Below are positions 37,701 through 46,886 of a DNA stretch of 64,000 bases, one piece after another. Position 1 is the stretch's first letter. Every line of letters begins with the position of its first letter. Both the position numbers and the translations under genes were made by a program. The stretch comes from Podarcis melisellensis (lineage: Eukaryota), in NCBI GenBank assembly GCA_964234715.1, contig OZ174276.1; one strand, 5' to 3'. The notes under the pieces are model-generated. The model did not search any database. It was not told the origin of the DNA and saw nothing but the letters and a program-made list of their open reading frames with translations.

Positions 37701-39116
37701 GGTGTTTGTCAAGTCCTCCATATCCACATCTTGTTAAGTTTTAAGATGGAGTGTGGGATGAGTTAGCAAACATTCAAATGAGGCACTTTCAGGTGCACAT
37801 GAAGGTTTCAGGTTGCGCTTTTGCCTCTTGGGGAAAAAGAAACACAGAATGGTTGAGCCACGATCTCTGCAAATAAAACAACCAGCTGCTGCTCAGTTCT
37901 GCCTCATGGAAACTTTGAAAAACAAAGTTTCGGATGGACTGTTTGACCATCAAAGAATGGAACTCAAGACAGAGGCACAGTTTTTCTAGTGCTCCTTCCA
38001 CCAGCATTCATACTTCGAGGTTAATCTGAAAGTTGACAAAGTGAGTCTTTTTCCATCCACAATAGTTCAGAGATTAAACTATTTTATCATCTCTCTCACA
38101 GACATGACTCAACAACATCAAAAAGTATAACCAAAAATGCAAAATAGCGAACAATAGTTTACTTCAGCGATGCCATCCGCCTTCGCTAGTGCATGTTATC
38201 ATGAGTCACGGAAACCTCTCTTTAAAAATAATAATGCTTAATGCATTTTAAATGAAGCTCTCGACTCTTGAGCAGTATTTCCACAGCAGTACTGAGACAT
38301 TACTTTAAAGCGTTCGCACACATGGGAGGGTGGGAGACAGCAAGGATGGAAAGTACCAGCTACACCACCCCTATCATTACAGTTTGCTGCTTATCAAGTC
38401 ATTCATGGAAGGCAGCTGCCTGAAGCAGGAAACCTTTTGTAGGTTCCAGGGCACTTCAGAACTCTGAACAATCAGAGGTCTAACAGGTACAGGGAGTCTC
38501 CATGAAGACAGGAGGCTCTCCCTGCCATATTGTTGCCTTCCATAATTTGGAAGGCGACAGAAATGGAAACCAAGTGTAAAGGCTATGCATTTGTCCCTGC
38601 TGCTGTTCCTCATACATTAACAAACACATTTAAATAATGCCTGAAGAGGGTTCATATCCTCAATAAAGCTACATTTAAATCACTCTCACAAAAATATGTA
38701 TGGCAATATAATCTGGAGCCTCTCCTGAAAACTGGCTATTTAAAATGCTTTGACCAAACTGATACAGTAATTGGCTGTGTTTCCTGCTTGCACTATTATA
38801 ACAGGTGCATCAAAACTTCATCAGCTTCAGAATCTCGCAGCTATGGTACCCAATTATCTACCATCACTATCAAGAAACAGTATACTAGAGTTGCCATGTC
38901 CTTCATGTTATTTCCATAAAGCAAAACAAAACATATTAAAAACGTCTCAGTGCTACATCTTCTGCCACAGAATCACCTATGTGGAAAATCAAGGTCATGG
39001 AAAGAATTATAATGCGCCACATTAAAGATTCCCAACAAAAGCCTGGAATCAGCAATGGACTGGATGAAGGCCAATAAACTGAAATTCAGCCCTGAGTGTT
39101 TTGTGGGAAAGTTACC

Positions 39117-39170
<54 letters not shown>

Positions 39171-42100
39171 TCCCTCAAAGAGCTAGTATTTTGGGGGTAC
39201 TCTGAGATTCGGCTGTATTCAAAGTGGCCTAGGTCTTTCTCTGCCTTTCTTCAGACTAGGTTGGCGTGTCAGTTGTAGCCTCTATTGGACAAAGGCAGCC
39301 TAGCCAGTATGTTCTAGTAACATCCGGTTTTGCCTAATATATTATGTTATATGTTAGGCTGTCTTTGAAGACTATTTGGAAACTTTAATCAAAGCAAAAT
39401 ACATTCTCATAAATCAGTCCTGGATTAGAGATTGCATCTCAATAGTATTAAAAGAACCTTCAGGTCCATTTCCAAACACAATTCAATATATCACGTAGGA
39501 CAATATATCACTTAGGACGCAGGTTCTTAAAGGAATGCCTACCACTGCCAACCTGCCTGAGATAAGGTGTGCAGTGATCAGAGGGTGCACATTCTCAGGG
39601 AAGGCACCGTAGGTCGATTTCCTTCCCTAGAGAGACGTGTCTGACACATATTGTTAGAGGCAAATGGATTTTTATTCCCCCAGGCTTTGAAATGCATTTT
39701 AATATTTTCATTCTTAAAATGCACAAACTATTACATATTCGGCTCCACTGAAGGGGATATATACAACTTTTAAAGAAATGAACAATACTAGCCCCATGTA
39801 ACTGAGGGGCAGACATGCTAAGCTGTTACAGAAAAAGCCAATGGAGACTACCATGACACTTTAAAGTGAATGGGTGACATCCAACAGGGTTTCTCCTTCC
39901 TCTCTTCTCCCACGCAAGTGCCTCCATATTATGCTCCAGAGGATTAAGAAACTATTTGGAGCAGATTTTGCAGGGTGCCCAGGGGGCTGGAGGGAGAAAG
40001 GGGGAACAAGAAATCCAGTTGCACAAGTAGATTTCTGTTGTGCAGATGGGCAGACAACAGAGGATGTCCCCCAATGCTAATTTGGGCACACAACTTTCAT
40101 GGGTGCTATGCCCCCTCCCTCCAGTTTTTGCTGCAATGAAAGTAATTTTTTTAAAAAAGGTTCCCAATCGTTTTATGATGGGGAAACTAAATGCTTGGCG
40201 CATTGCTATATTTTAACTTAAGAACAAATTAATACATCAACAAAATAACTTAAGTGTTTTCATAACCATTTGAAGTAAGTGGAGATTTAGATGGCTACTG
40301 TTCCAGTCTTTAAAAAATGTCCCTTGTTTCCAAAACATTTGTTGCCATAGCAATTCACCTCCCACTCTCTTCAGTCCAGGAAAAAGAGACATGTATACTG
40401 TATAAACTCTTGTGCATTTAATTAATCACAAGAAAGTAAGCTACTGACGAAACAGCTTTGCAATATATTGCACCGCACACCGTTTTCTCTGACAATCCTG
40501 TAAACTTACGCTATCTCCTATGGAACGCAGTTTGTAGAAGGGCTGTATGTAAAACCAGGACCCTTCATTGCCAGCCTCATCCAGAGTCACCCTCATAGCA
40601 TTCTTCTCTAGCAGAGCTGGAAGTCTCTTATTTACCGTCAAGTATTTGTTGCTTTTCAAGTGCAAAAGCTAGAAGTTAAAAAGAAAAAAAGGGGGAAAGA
40701 GAAAGAAGGGCACCACAAACACAATTAGAACAAAACAAAACAAAAAGTTTTATCCCACTGACTACAATAGTCAAAGTTTTCACAGGAACGATGAGAAAAT
40801 TCCTTTTGTTCCTTAATGCTTTCACATACTGTACTTGTACATACTGTACTTGTACAGTTCATACTGAGGATGAAAGCAGAAGACAATTCGGTTTTTAAGG
40901 CCCCCTTAATTATCCCAAGACATTTCTTACACGGAGTAGTAAAGCTAAAAGTTGAAACCTCCTACCCAAAATTCTCCATAGTTGAAGGAATACTGCTCAC
41001 TATGGAGTAAAAATCTGTAGAATACCAATATAATTAAGAGCTATATAGGGTGCTATAAAGAGCATTAAATGTTCACTCAGTATATTTATAAATACCTTAC
41101 AGCTATTACTGCATATACCCTTGTATCAGCTTTAGGAAGATGCTAAAGGCTACAAAGATGCCTAGGCTACAAAAACTAGCAACCAATCTAACACCCTCCA
41201 AGTGCCATATTTTTCCGTGTATAACACCCCCCTGTGTTTAAGCCGACCCCTGTTTTTTGGGACCCCAAATTAAGGAAATGGGGGGAGATTTCCCAGAGTT
41301 GTTAAGCTTTTAGCATTTTTTATAATAAAAAACATTGTCTAATACACGGAAAAATATGTTACATATTGGGATTTTAACCTGTGCCTCTCATATTCAAACC
41401 CATCACTCTAGGTGCTGCACCACATTAACCCCTTAGAAGAATGCCTACATATATATGGATAAAAAGTACAAAGCCCAAAGTGCTGTGACAACACAGGGCA
41501 ACAAGTGCTCACTAAAGCACAACCTCTTGTGAGTCGAAGAAAGCCTATGATGCTTGTGCATCTCTACTTGCAAAACAAGGAAGTTGCAACTTCATGGCAA
41601 TTCAAGCCAGTCTGTGTGGCATATACAGCTGCATAGAATTATGGGTGCCAGGTTCACGGAGACTTCTTGAAACACAGCTGCAGCATACCTGAATAACATT
41701 GCCATACTGGATAACCGTGCCAAGCAACTTCCTATTCTCTGTCTCGTTCTGCTTTTTCTCCAAATCTGCAGCATGCTACAAAGAAAAAAAGAATGCTGAT
41801 AAGGAAAGATGGGAAACTGGGTGACCAGCTGCTTGCTTTAGTAAACAAACATATAAACAAACAAACAAAAGTATTTTATGAAGACTGCTTGGAGAGCAAG
41901 GCAGTGGTGAAGCTTGGAAAGAGTTTTAGGGAGGAAAAATACTGTGGAAGTCTAAAAGGTCGGCCCCTTGCTGAATGCTAGTTTTAAAACCATCTAGCTT
42001 TACTTATACAGTGGTAACTCGGGTTAAGTACTTAATTAGTTTCGGAGGTCCGTTCTTAACCTGAAACTGTTCTTAACCTGAAGCACCACTTTAGTTAATG

Positions 42101-45100
42101 GGGTCTCCTGCTGCTGCCGCGCCGCTGGAGCACGATTTCTGTTCTCATCCTGAAGCAAAGTTCTTAACCCGAGGTATTATTTCTGGGTTAGCAGAGTCTG
42201 TAACCTGAAGCGTGTGTAACCTGAAGTGTATGTAACCCAAGGTACCACTGTACTTTAAAACATTTTCAAAAAAACCCCACAACCACCCCAAAACCAAATC
42301 AGGACTCATGTTTCCCAAAAATACCGCTACACAAATATATAAAAACCAACATTATGAATTAAGGTAATATGTGCTGTTGTTGTTTTATTTATATACCGCC
42401 TTTCTCCCTGACAGGGACTCAAGGTAGTTTACAGCTCAAATAAGAACAGCTAAAAATGGGGGGGGGGGCGACAACAAAAATTGAAACACACACATACATG
42501 ATTAAAAAACATACCGCTAATTACAGTAAAAACAGCACAACACCAGCCCTTTCATTAAAAGCAGTCAGTACACGGATGGAATCAGTAACTTCTCTAGGGA
42601 GGGCGTTCCAAAGTTTTGGAGCAGCCATGAAGAAGGCCTTCTCAGGACGAAGAGAAAGGCCTCCCTCAAGTATATAAAGCCAGGCACGTTCGTATGAGGG
42701 AATACAGTCTTTCAGAAAGCTTGGATCTAAAATGTACGTCTAGATGGTTTGTTGCTAGTTCAGTTCCATCATGTACAGTGGTGGCCTGCAGTGCATTACA
42801 AAAGGAACAAGAAGTCCTGCACTGTGGAAGAAAAGTCATCTTTCGTATTTCACAGAATGTTTCCTAAGACAAACATTCCTTTTTGACGTGCTTGCTAAAC
42901 AGGCTAGTCAGCTTTCCATTAAAACATGCTGGAAGTGGCTTTACATTGCAGAACACCAAGAAGGATATTTTGGAACAACCATACAAGGTTAGACAAGAAG
43001 GGGGATATAAACCCAAATGATTGTATTCCTCTAATCCATTCTTTAAACAAAAACAACAAAAATCAAAATGAAAGAGAATACTTCAAGTGTTTCTTACACT
43101 TCATTCTTTCAAGAAGTGAACATTTTTTGAAAGGTGTTAAATGGAGGTATAGGGTCCCACAACTCTTGATACTCAGAATCCCAAAAGTGTTAAATTAAAA
43201 AACGCTCGCAAGACCAAGAAACCTAAAATATGGGATTACTGTCTACTAGTAGCAAAGCTATTATATTTATCTAGATCCATTTCAGTCAGACTTGGGTCAG
43301 GAAGACACCTTGGTTAGCCCTGGGTAGCATGGGAGCAGCAGGACTAGAGGAAGAGCACTTCGGCCACAATATTTGGTCCAGGAACACACATAGCTGCTAA
43401 TTTGTGCTAAGCCGTGGTTTGGCTTAGTGTTGTAATGTGTGAACTCCATCAGTGTCCTGGAGTCACAAAATGTTTCATCATTGGTTCTGCTTGGAAACTT
43501 CACAGCACTTTCAAAACCATCAACCAGAGTAAACTTATCAGTTGAGGTCCTGAGCTGCTGGTAGAGGTGGCAAAGAACTAGATGTGGGTTAACAAGTATA
43601 AACATCACAAAATGACAGCACTGTAATGGCTTACACACAAGGGGCACACACGTGGAACGACCAACTTTTGATGCTGAAGAACAAATCAAACCAAGCACTA
43701 TATGAAAAGGCCACTAGGTGTCAGCTTTCCAAAAGGAGCATTGATTTTTGATGCTGGTCAAAAACTTCAGCGTCCCAGATTCCTAAATCCCTTAAATGGC
43801 ATTAGCTTAAAATAACCTGACCCTTCGCATTGGTTGATCTGCAACAGAAGATGCTGAATTCCATTGGTAGACACACAAGCCAAAAACGCAAGTGATTAAA
43901 TATTGGAGTTTTAACGTTTCCTTAAAGATTACGCCAAACCCACATGACACAAAAGCAGTAAGACAGGAAACTGCTTTCACGTTCCGCAAAGACTGCGCCA
44001 GGAATTCTCAATGAACAGTCCTCACACACTAAGATGCTTGTGTGCTTCTATGCTGGCAAGAGATTCATGCAATAATAACACCATGGTACCACTTAGGCAT
44101 CTTCTAACCATATTAGTTTGTTTGCAGCACAAACAGCAGAAGAGCCCATTGGCATCTTGAAGGCTAACTCATTTTATTATGGCATTATGTATTGTGATGA
44201 AGGTTCATGCTGTAATAAAACTGCCGTAATTAAACTTTTACTGCTACAGGAAATTGTGGTGTCTAGGTCTGCGGTCTACAGGCACATGCTTCAGCTGTGA
44301 ACCAGTAAATATGTTTTCCTTTAGATTTACCCCTGAAAAACAAACTCCGCTATCCCTCCTAAATGCTTTTCTTTTTATATACCCATGTGTGTAGTTTAGG
44401 TTTGATAAAACAAATTATCATTGTTAAAAAAATCTCCTGGTTGGTGTGATGGTAATCTCAGATCTTTTTCTGGATGAGCTGTTCCTTTAAAAACTCTTGT
44501 ATATGATAAAAATCCATCACTTGTCTGCCACAGTTAAGTATAGCACTGAGATCCATGACTTGCTGAGGCAGAGATCTTAAAATAATAATAATAATCTGCT
44601 TGCTTTGAACAATCCAAGTCATATCAACTGTTTCTGAAACCCCTCTGTTTCAGAATAAGTTGGTCATGAGACACTGTGGGCCATCGTGAATTTGCTTTTA
44701 AAAGACAGACTCGTATCTGCTGTGACTACAGTGAAGGTTTACAAGCATCCAGTGAAGGTAGTTTTTCATATGTGGAACTGACCTCACATGCAAGGTCAAC
44801 CCATTATTAATTATTTCCCAAGAATAAATTAAGAGTTAATACACTTGGCAATTATACACTCTGCTGGTTCTTTGGATTACCTATGTCTCATTCCTTTCCC
44901 AAAAGAACTTAGCATAGTCCAATGAGCATTTGATTTGTTCTAGCTAGATCGATACGTGCAGGGGTATTTTCAGGTCAAAGCATGCCAAATACATGGTGCC
45001 AACGCAAGAGCTATATACATATATTCTGAATGGAACATATTATATTCAAAACTGAACATTTAGTGAGTCCTGATTACGATGTCACAAAACTGATCACTGA

Positions 45101-46886
45101 AAGGATATCCATCCATCTCAGAAAGGAAAGAATTAGGGAAAAGAGGAAATAACAACAACAACAACAACAATAATAATAATATATTTATACCCCACCCATC
45201 TGGCTGGATTTTCCCAACCACTCTGGGCGGCTTCCAACAAAAGATTAAAAATACATTAAAACAGTCATTAAAAACTTCCCTAAACAGGGCTGCCTTCAGA
45301 TGTCTTCTAAATGTCAGATAGTTGTTTATTTCTTTGACATCTGATAGGAGGGCGTTCCACTGGGTGGGTGCCACTACCAAAAAGGCCCTCTGCTTGGTTC
45401 CCTGTAACTTCACTTCTTGCAGTGAGGGAACCACCAGAAGGCCCTCAGAGCTGACCTCAGTGTCCGGGTTGTACGATGGGGGTGGAGATGCTCCTTCAGG
45501 TATACTGGCTGAGGCCATTTAGGGCTTTAAAGGTTTAAAGGTTTAGGACTTTAAACTCACATTTCAAATAGGTTTCCTTTAAAAAAAATAGCCCAGTAAT
45601 TATTTATAATGGGAATATAATAAAATAATCACTTGTTTAAAATATGCTCCTATTTCAACTTGAGTGTAAGCCTTTGCCTTGTATTTATGTACTTCATATA
45701 AAGTATTTTATGTACTTTGTGTAAAACCAGCTACAAACTGCAGGAATAAAAGAACTTAAAAACATCTGACTTCAATTATTAAGTCTTTATTTTCAAAGTA
45801 AGATAGACATAAAGCTTATTTCAGTTTTCTTCCCTACCCATGTAGAGAAGTTTATTTTCAAAAATTATATGTTGTTACTCACACCACACTTTCGTAGTAA
45901 GAGATTTGCTTACTGCAGATATGAGAACTGGAAAGTTTAATTTTTTAAAAAAGCAGACTCGGGTACCTGTCTAAACTATGAGTACTTTCAGCAACAGGCT
46001 TGTTATGAGAAACTACTGTGTAATAAGAGGTTTCCCAGCCTTTCCTTGCCAAGTTGCTACCACATTTTTAATGATTCAGGTCTGGGGAAAACACCTTCTC
46101 CCCTACCTAAAAGGGGGTAGGCATTGTTTCCCTGTGGAGCTCTCTCGTCCTACGCATGCAGAATCTATTCAAGGCCCATGGCCCTCATTTCTATGCTCTT
46201 AGTTTCTTGCACTCTCTTATACGTGTAGCTGATTACAGATGTTAAGAAAAAGTATCATCAACTCTGATTCCCCCCCCCCTCATTTGACCTGGGTTTGGTT
46301 TGTTCACATTAAAGCATGTATTGAGAAGACCCCTCTGCCTACCTCTTTGTTAGCCCCCTTTGTCCACACCTAAACAAAGACACCCCCCCCTCACCCTTCA
46401 CACCTCCCCATCCCCTCGCAGTTTGCCTCAAGCACCTCCCCTCACAGATCACAACAACTCCCACCCCCTTTTAAAGGAGAGCAGAGGTGCTTCCCAGAGT
46501 AGCTTCTGTAAAGTGATACTCCACTCAATTAAAGAGCTCGCCTAGGCAACCTGCCACCAGCACTAATTGCCTGCTCACCTGTGTGTCGTTCACCATGCAG
46601 GAGTTGGCATGGCTGCCTGTTGAAAGCCATATGAACTGCAGCATGGCAACAGTCTTACATATATGCGTGTCTGTGTGTAAAAATGATTATCTAAAAGTAC
46701 TGTAACATAAGATGTTGAAATCAAAAAGAAAGTAGCATAAGATGAAGATCAAGATCAGTACCATACTCACATGTAGCTTGTTGAGCAATACAGCGTCAGT
46801 TGTGCTGTTAGCTCCTGGCTTAGCAGCTTTCCAAAACTGCTTCTGTGCAGAATAGCGATTCATGGGACATAACTTGAAGAGGCAAT
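3233..46886 (-). CDS. ITPR1: ITPR1, inositol 1,4,5-trisphosphate receptor type 1; partial multi-exon CDS (31 exons in window, 4340 nt, approx. aa 55-1500)
   Basis: Translated exons match vertebrate IP3R1 almost residue for residue ([20 protein letters not shown] ... [13 protein letters not shown]). IP3-contact motifs [17 protein letters not shown] and DYRKNQ are intact. A type-1-specific SI exon is present. Exon phases chain into one frame. Confidence 0.98.
4243..4368 (-). CDS. ITPR1: ITPR1 exon w30 (126 nt) [42 protein letters not shown]
   Basis: cag|GTT...AGG|gtaagt. Confidence 0.97.
4786..5037 (-). CDS. ITPR1: ITPR1 exon w29 (252 nt) [18 protein letters not shown]...THEDCIPE
   Basis: cag|CTT...GAG|gtgagg. 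Confidence 0.97.
5792..5992 (-). CDS. ITPR1: ITPR1 exon w28 (201 nt) [15 protein letters not shown]...CQDMVMAE
   Basis: tag|ATC...GAG|gtgaga. Confidence 0.97.
6924..7049 (-). CDS. ITPR1: ITPR1 exon w27 (126 nt) [14 protein letters not shown]...NLFLNPG
   Basis: cag|GCT...GGG|gtaaga. Confidence 0.97.
7257..7621 (+). mobile_element. Sauria SINE, full length
   Basis: tRNA-derived head with B-box-like GGTTTGAATCCC; body gcacgtcaaagtgcaagtagataaatagg; ACCTTT tail. Confidence 0.92.
8448..8585 (-). CDS. ITPR1: ITPR1 exon w26 (138 nt) [12 protein letters not shown]...LLQIPYEK
   Basis: cag|ATT...AAA|gtgagg. Confidence 0.97.
9686..9751 (-). CDS. ITPR1: ITPR1 exon w25 (66 nt) [22 protein letters not shown]
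   Basis: tag|GAA...GAG|gtaaga. Confidence 0.95.
11288..11458 (-). CDS. ITPR1: ITPR1 exon w24 (171 nt) [14 protein letters not shown]...GENEHKKKE
   Basis: aag|GTC...GAG|gtaaga. Confidence 0.97.
11554..11719 (-). CDS. ITPR1: ITPR1 exon w23 (166 nt) [18 protein letters not shown]...VLQAFKQ
   Basis: tttcag|T...CAG|gtaaat. Confidence 0.95.
11867..12041. mobile_element. Tc1/mariner-pogo MITE with a TIR related to family A
   Basis: TA|CGGTGGTACCTTGG ... CTGAGGTATCACTG|TA. Confidence 0.8.
12142..12352. mobile_element. hAT MITE nested in a CR1 3' end
   Basis: TIR CCATGGTTCCCAAC / GTTGGGAACCACTG; 8-bp TSD ATCTAGTC / ATTTAGTC. Confidence 0.85.
12912..13264 (+). mobile_element. Sauria SINE, full length
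   Basis: Same consensus; TSD TATCTATCCCATT / TATCTATCCTATT. Confidence 0.93.
13865..13919 (-). CDS. ITPR1: ITPR1 exon w22 (55 nt) [17 protein letters not shown](S), with a non-canonical GA donor
   Basis: cag|GA...GGC AG|gaaagt; the phase-2 end is needed to join T GAA GAG (S-E-E) of the next exon. Confidence 0.88.
14792..14927 (-). CDS. ITPR1: ITPR1 exon w21 (136 nt) [15 protein letters not shown]...QEMPNVPG
   Basis: cag|TTC...G|gtcagt. Confidence 0.96.
15953..16308. mobile_element. Tc1/mariner-pogo MITE family B, copy 1
   Basis: TA TSD; TIR CAGTGGTGCCCCGCAAGACGAA / TTCGTCTTGCGAGGCACCACTG; CpG-rich, so probably young. Confidence 0.92.
16735..16922 (-). CDS. ITPR1: ITPR1 exon w20 (188 nt) [14 protein letters not shown]...KLKIIEILQ
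   Basis: aag|GG...CAG|gtatac. Confidence 0.96.
18011..18622. mobile_element. GC-rich hAT-like non-autonomous element with an internal 48-bp inverted repeat
   Basis: Ends AGGCTGGGTGAT / ATCACCCAGGCCT; GC- and CpG-rich relative to flanks; no clear TSD. Confidence 0.6.
18463..18574. repeat. 48-bp inverted repeat (4 mismatches, 16-nt loop)
   Basis: Arms 18463-18510 and 18527-18574. Confidence 0.95.
19001..19154 (-). CDS. ITPR1: ITPR1 exon w19 (154 nt) [52 protein letters not shown]
   Basis: tag|GTG...G|gtatga. Confidence 0.96.
19938..20079 (-). CDS. ITPR1: ITPR1 exon w18 (142 nt) [15 protein letters not shown]...KNKLTFE
   Basis: cag|C...GAG|gtaaat. Confidence 0.97.
20439..20690 (-). CDS. ITPR1: ITPR1 exon w17 (252 nt) [15 protein letters not shown]...PSEIAIDD
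   Basis: aag|G...GA|gtgagt. Confidence 0.97.
21352..21546 (-). CDS. ITPR1: ITPR1 exon w16 (195 nt) [31 protein letters not shown]...VLSYYR
   Basis: tag|A...AG|gttaac. Confidence 0.96.
21913..22032 (-). CDS. ITPR1: ITPR1 exon w15 (120 nt) [40 protein letters not shown]
   Basis: tag|G...AA|gtaagt. Confidence 0.97.
22279..22875 (-). mobile_element. CR1 LINE 3' fragment, locally rearranged
   Basis: Minus-strand translation [21 protein letters not shown] matches the CR1 ORF2 C-terminus; typical 3' end. Confidence 0.8.
22486..22553. repeat. Perfect 31-bp inverted repeat with 6-nt spacer
   Basis: ATTGAGTTGGAATTTCCCTTGAATCCATTGG-tttggg-reverse complement. Confidence 0.95.
23292..23464 (-). CDS. 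ITPR1: ITPR1 exon w14 (173 nt) [13 protein letters not shown]...VRKNREPR
   Basis: aag|GAA...AG|gtaaga. Confidence 0.97.
23881..24039 (-). CDS. ITPR1: ITPR1 exon w13 (159 nt) [15 protein letters not shown]...QQDYRKNQ
   Basis: cag|ATA...CAG|gttagc. Confidence 0.97.
24935..25076 (-). CDS. ITPR1: ITPR1 exon w12 (142 nt) [13 protein letters not shown]...[15 protein letters not shown]
   Basis: tag|G...CAG|gtacag. Confidence 0.97.
25629..25789 (-). CDS. ITPR1: ITPR1 exon w11 (161 nt) [13 protein letters not shown]...TITQNERR
   Basis: aag|ATT...AG|gtaagg. Confidence 0.97.
26516..26615 (-). CDS. ITPR1: ITPR1 exon w10 (100 nt) [33 protein letters not shown]
   Basis: tag|G...AAA|gtaagt. Confidence 0.97.
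27173..27327 (-). CDS. ITPR1: ITPR1 exon w9 (155 nt) [10 protein letters not shown]...GGDSLVPR
   Basis: cag|CTG...AG|gtatga. Confidence 0.96.
30157..30378 (+). mobile_element. Sauria SINE, 5'-truncated
   Basis: Body plus ACCTTT tail; TSD TACCCTTGTTTAAC / TACCCTGTTTAAC. Confidence 0.9.
31521..31566. repeat. (AC)23 microsatellite; (UG)n on the ITPR1 sense strand
   Basis: Directly visible. Confidence 0.97.
32370..32567. mobile_element. hAT MITE
   Basis: Perfect 14-bp TIR CAGTGCTCAAATTA; 8-bp TSD GTCAACAC / GTCAGCAC. Confidence 0.9.
32617..32661 (-). CDS. ITPR1: ITPR1 alternative exon SI (45 nt) [15 protein letters not shown]
   Basis: ttctcttccatcag|GTA...TCA|gtaagt; 15 codons, phase 0/0; positional and partial sequence match to mammalian SI (VDPDFEEECLEFQPS). 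Confidence 0.9.
32901..33492 (-). mobile_element. CR1 LINE 3' fragment
   Basis: cataagaagagcttgctggatcagacc 3' terminus; ORF2-end motifs (cttccaacattcagcttcat, ttttctctaaactgaaaagtcccaa). Confidence 0.82.
33771..33866 (-). CDS. ITPR1: ITPR1 exon w7 (96 nt) [32 protein letters not shown]
   Basis: cag|GTA...GAG|gtcagt. Confidence 0.97.
34401..34726. mobile_element. Tc1/mariner-pogo MITE family B, copy 2, inserted in a (TAA)n tract
   Basis: TA TSD; same TIR and internal sequence as 15953-16308. Confidence 0.92.
34727..34943 (-). mobile_element. L2-clade LINE 3' end, same family as 45150-45540
   Basis: Shared ttccctaaacagggctgccttc and tatttataccccgcccatctggctgg; (CAA/TAA)n tail. Confidence 0.82.
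35417..35563 (-). CDS. ITPR1: ITPR1 exon w6 (147 nt) [15 protein letters not shown]...[22 protein letters not shown]
   Basis: cag|GGA...GAG|gtaaag; carries the IP3-binding RTTGR motif. Confidence 0.97.
35656..35739 (-). CDS. ITPR1: ITPR1 exon w5 (84 nt) [28 protein letters not shown]
   Basis: cag|GTG...GGG|gtaaga. Confidence 0.97.
36954..37052 (-). CDS. ITPR1: ITPR1 exon w4 (99 nt) [33 protein letters not shown]
   Basis: cag|GTC...GAG|gtaagt. Confidence 0.97.
37095..37435 (+). mobile_element. Degenerate L2 LINE ORF2 fragment
   Basis: LVTS..YCN...GLPL and QNEAVRL...LH.LPV motifs; begins about 40 nt from the exon w4 acceptor. Confidence 0.6.
39119..39166. repeat. (GA)24 microsatellite
   Basis: Directly visible. 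Confidence 0.97.
40510..40668 (-). CDS. ITPR1: ITPR1 exon w3 (159 nt) [10 protein letters not shown]...KLRSIGDS
   Basis: tag|CTT...AGC|gtaagt; ORF 40441-40665. Confidence 0.97.
41205..41359. mobile_element. Tc2/pogo-like MITE family C, degenerate copy
   Basis: CCATATTTTTCCGTGTATAA ... TAATACACGGAAAAATATG. Confidence 0.7.
41689..41775 (-). CDS. ITPR1: ITPR1 exon w2 (87 nt) [29 protein letters not shown]
   Basis: tag|CAT...CAG|gtatgc; read manually, not in-frame in the ORF track. Confidence 0.97.
42009..42250. mobile_element. Tc1/mariner-pogo MITE family A, copy 2
   Basis: TA TSD; same TIR and internal sequence as 2257-2471. Confidence 0.9.
42380..42730 (-). mobile_element. Degenerate L2 LINE 3' fragment
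   Basis: tttatataccgcctttc tail; agggagggcgttccaaagttttggagcagccatgaagaaggcc corresponds to the [12 protein letters not shown] motif. Confidence 0.65.
45150..45540 (-). mobile_element. L2-clade LINE 3' end with (TTG/TTA)n tail
   Basis: [41 protein letters not shown]2 ORF2 C-terminus. Confidence 0.85.
46771..46886 (-). CDS. ITPR1: ITPR1 exon w1 (116 nt) [39 protein letters not shown]
   Basis: tag|AT...CAT|gtgagt; suppressor domain. Confidence 0.97.
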
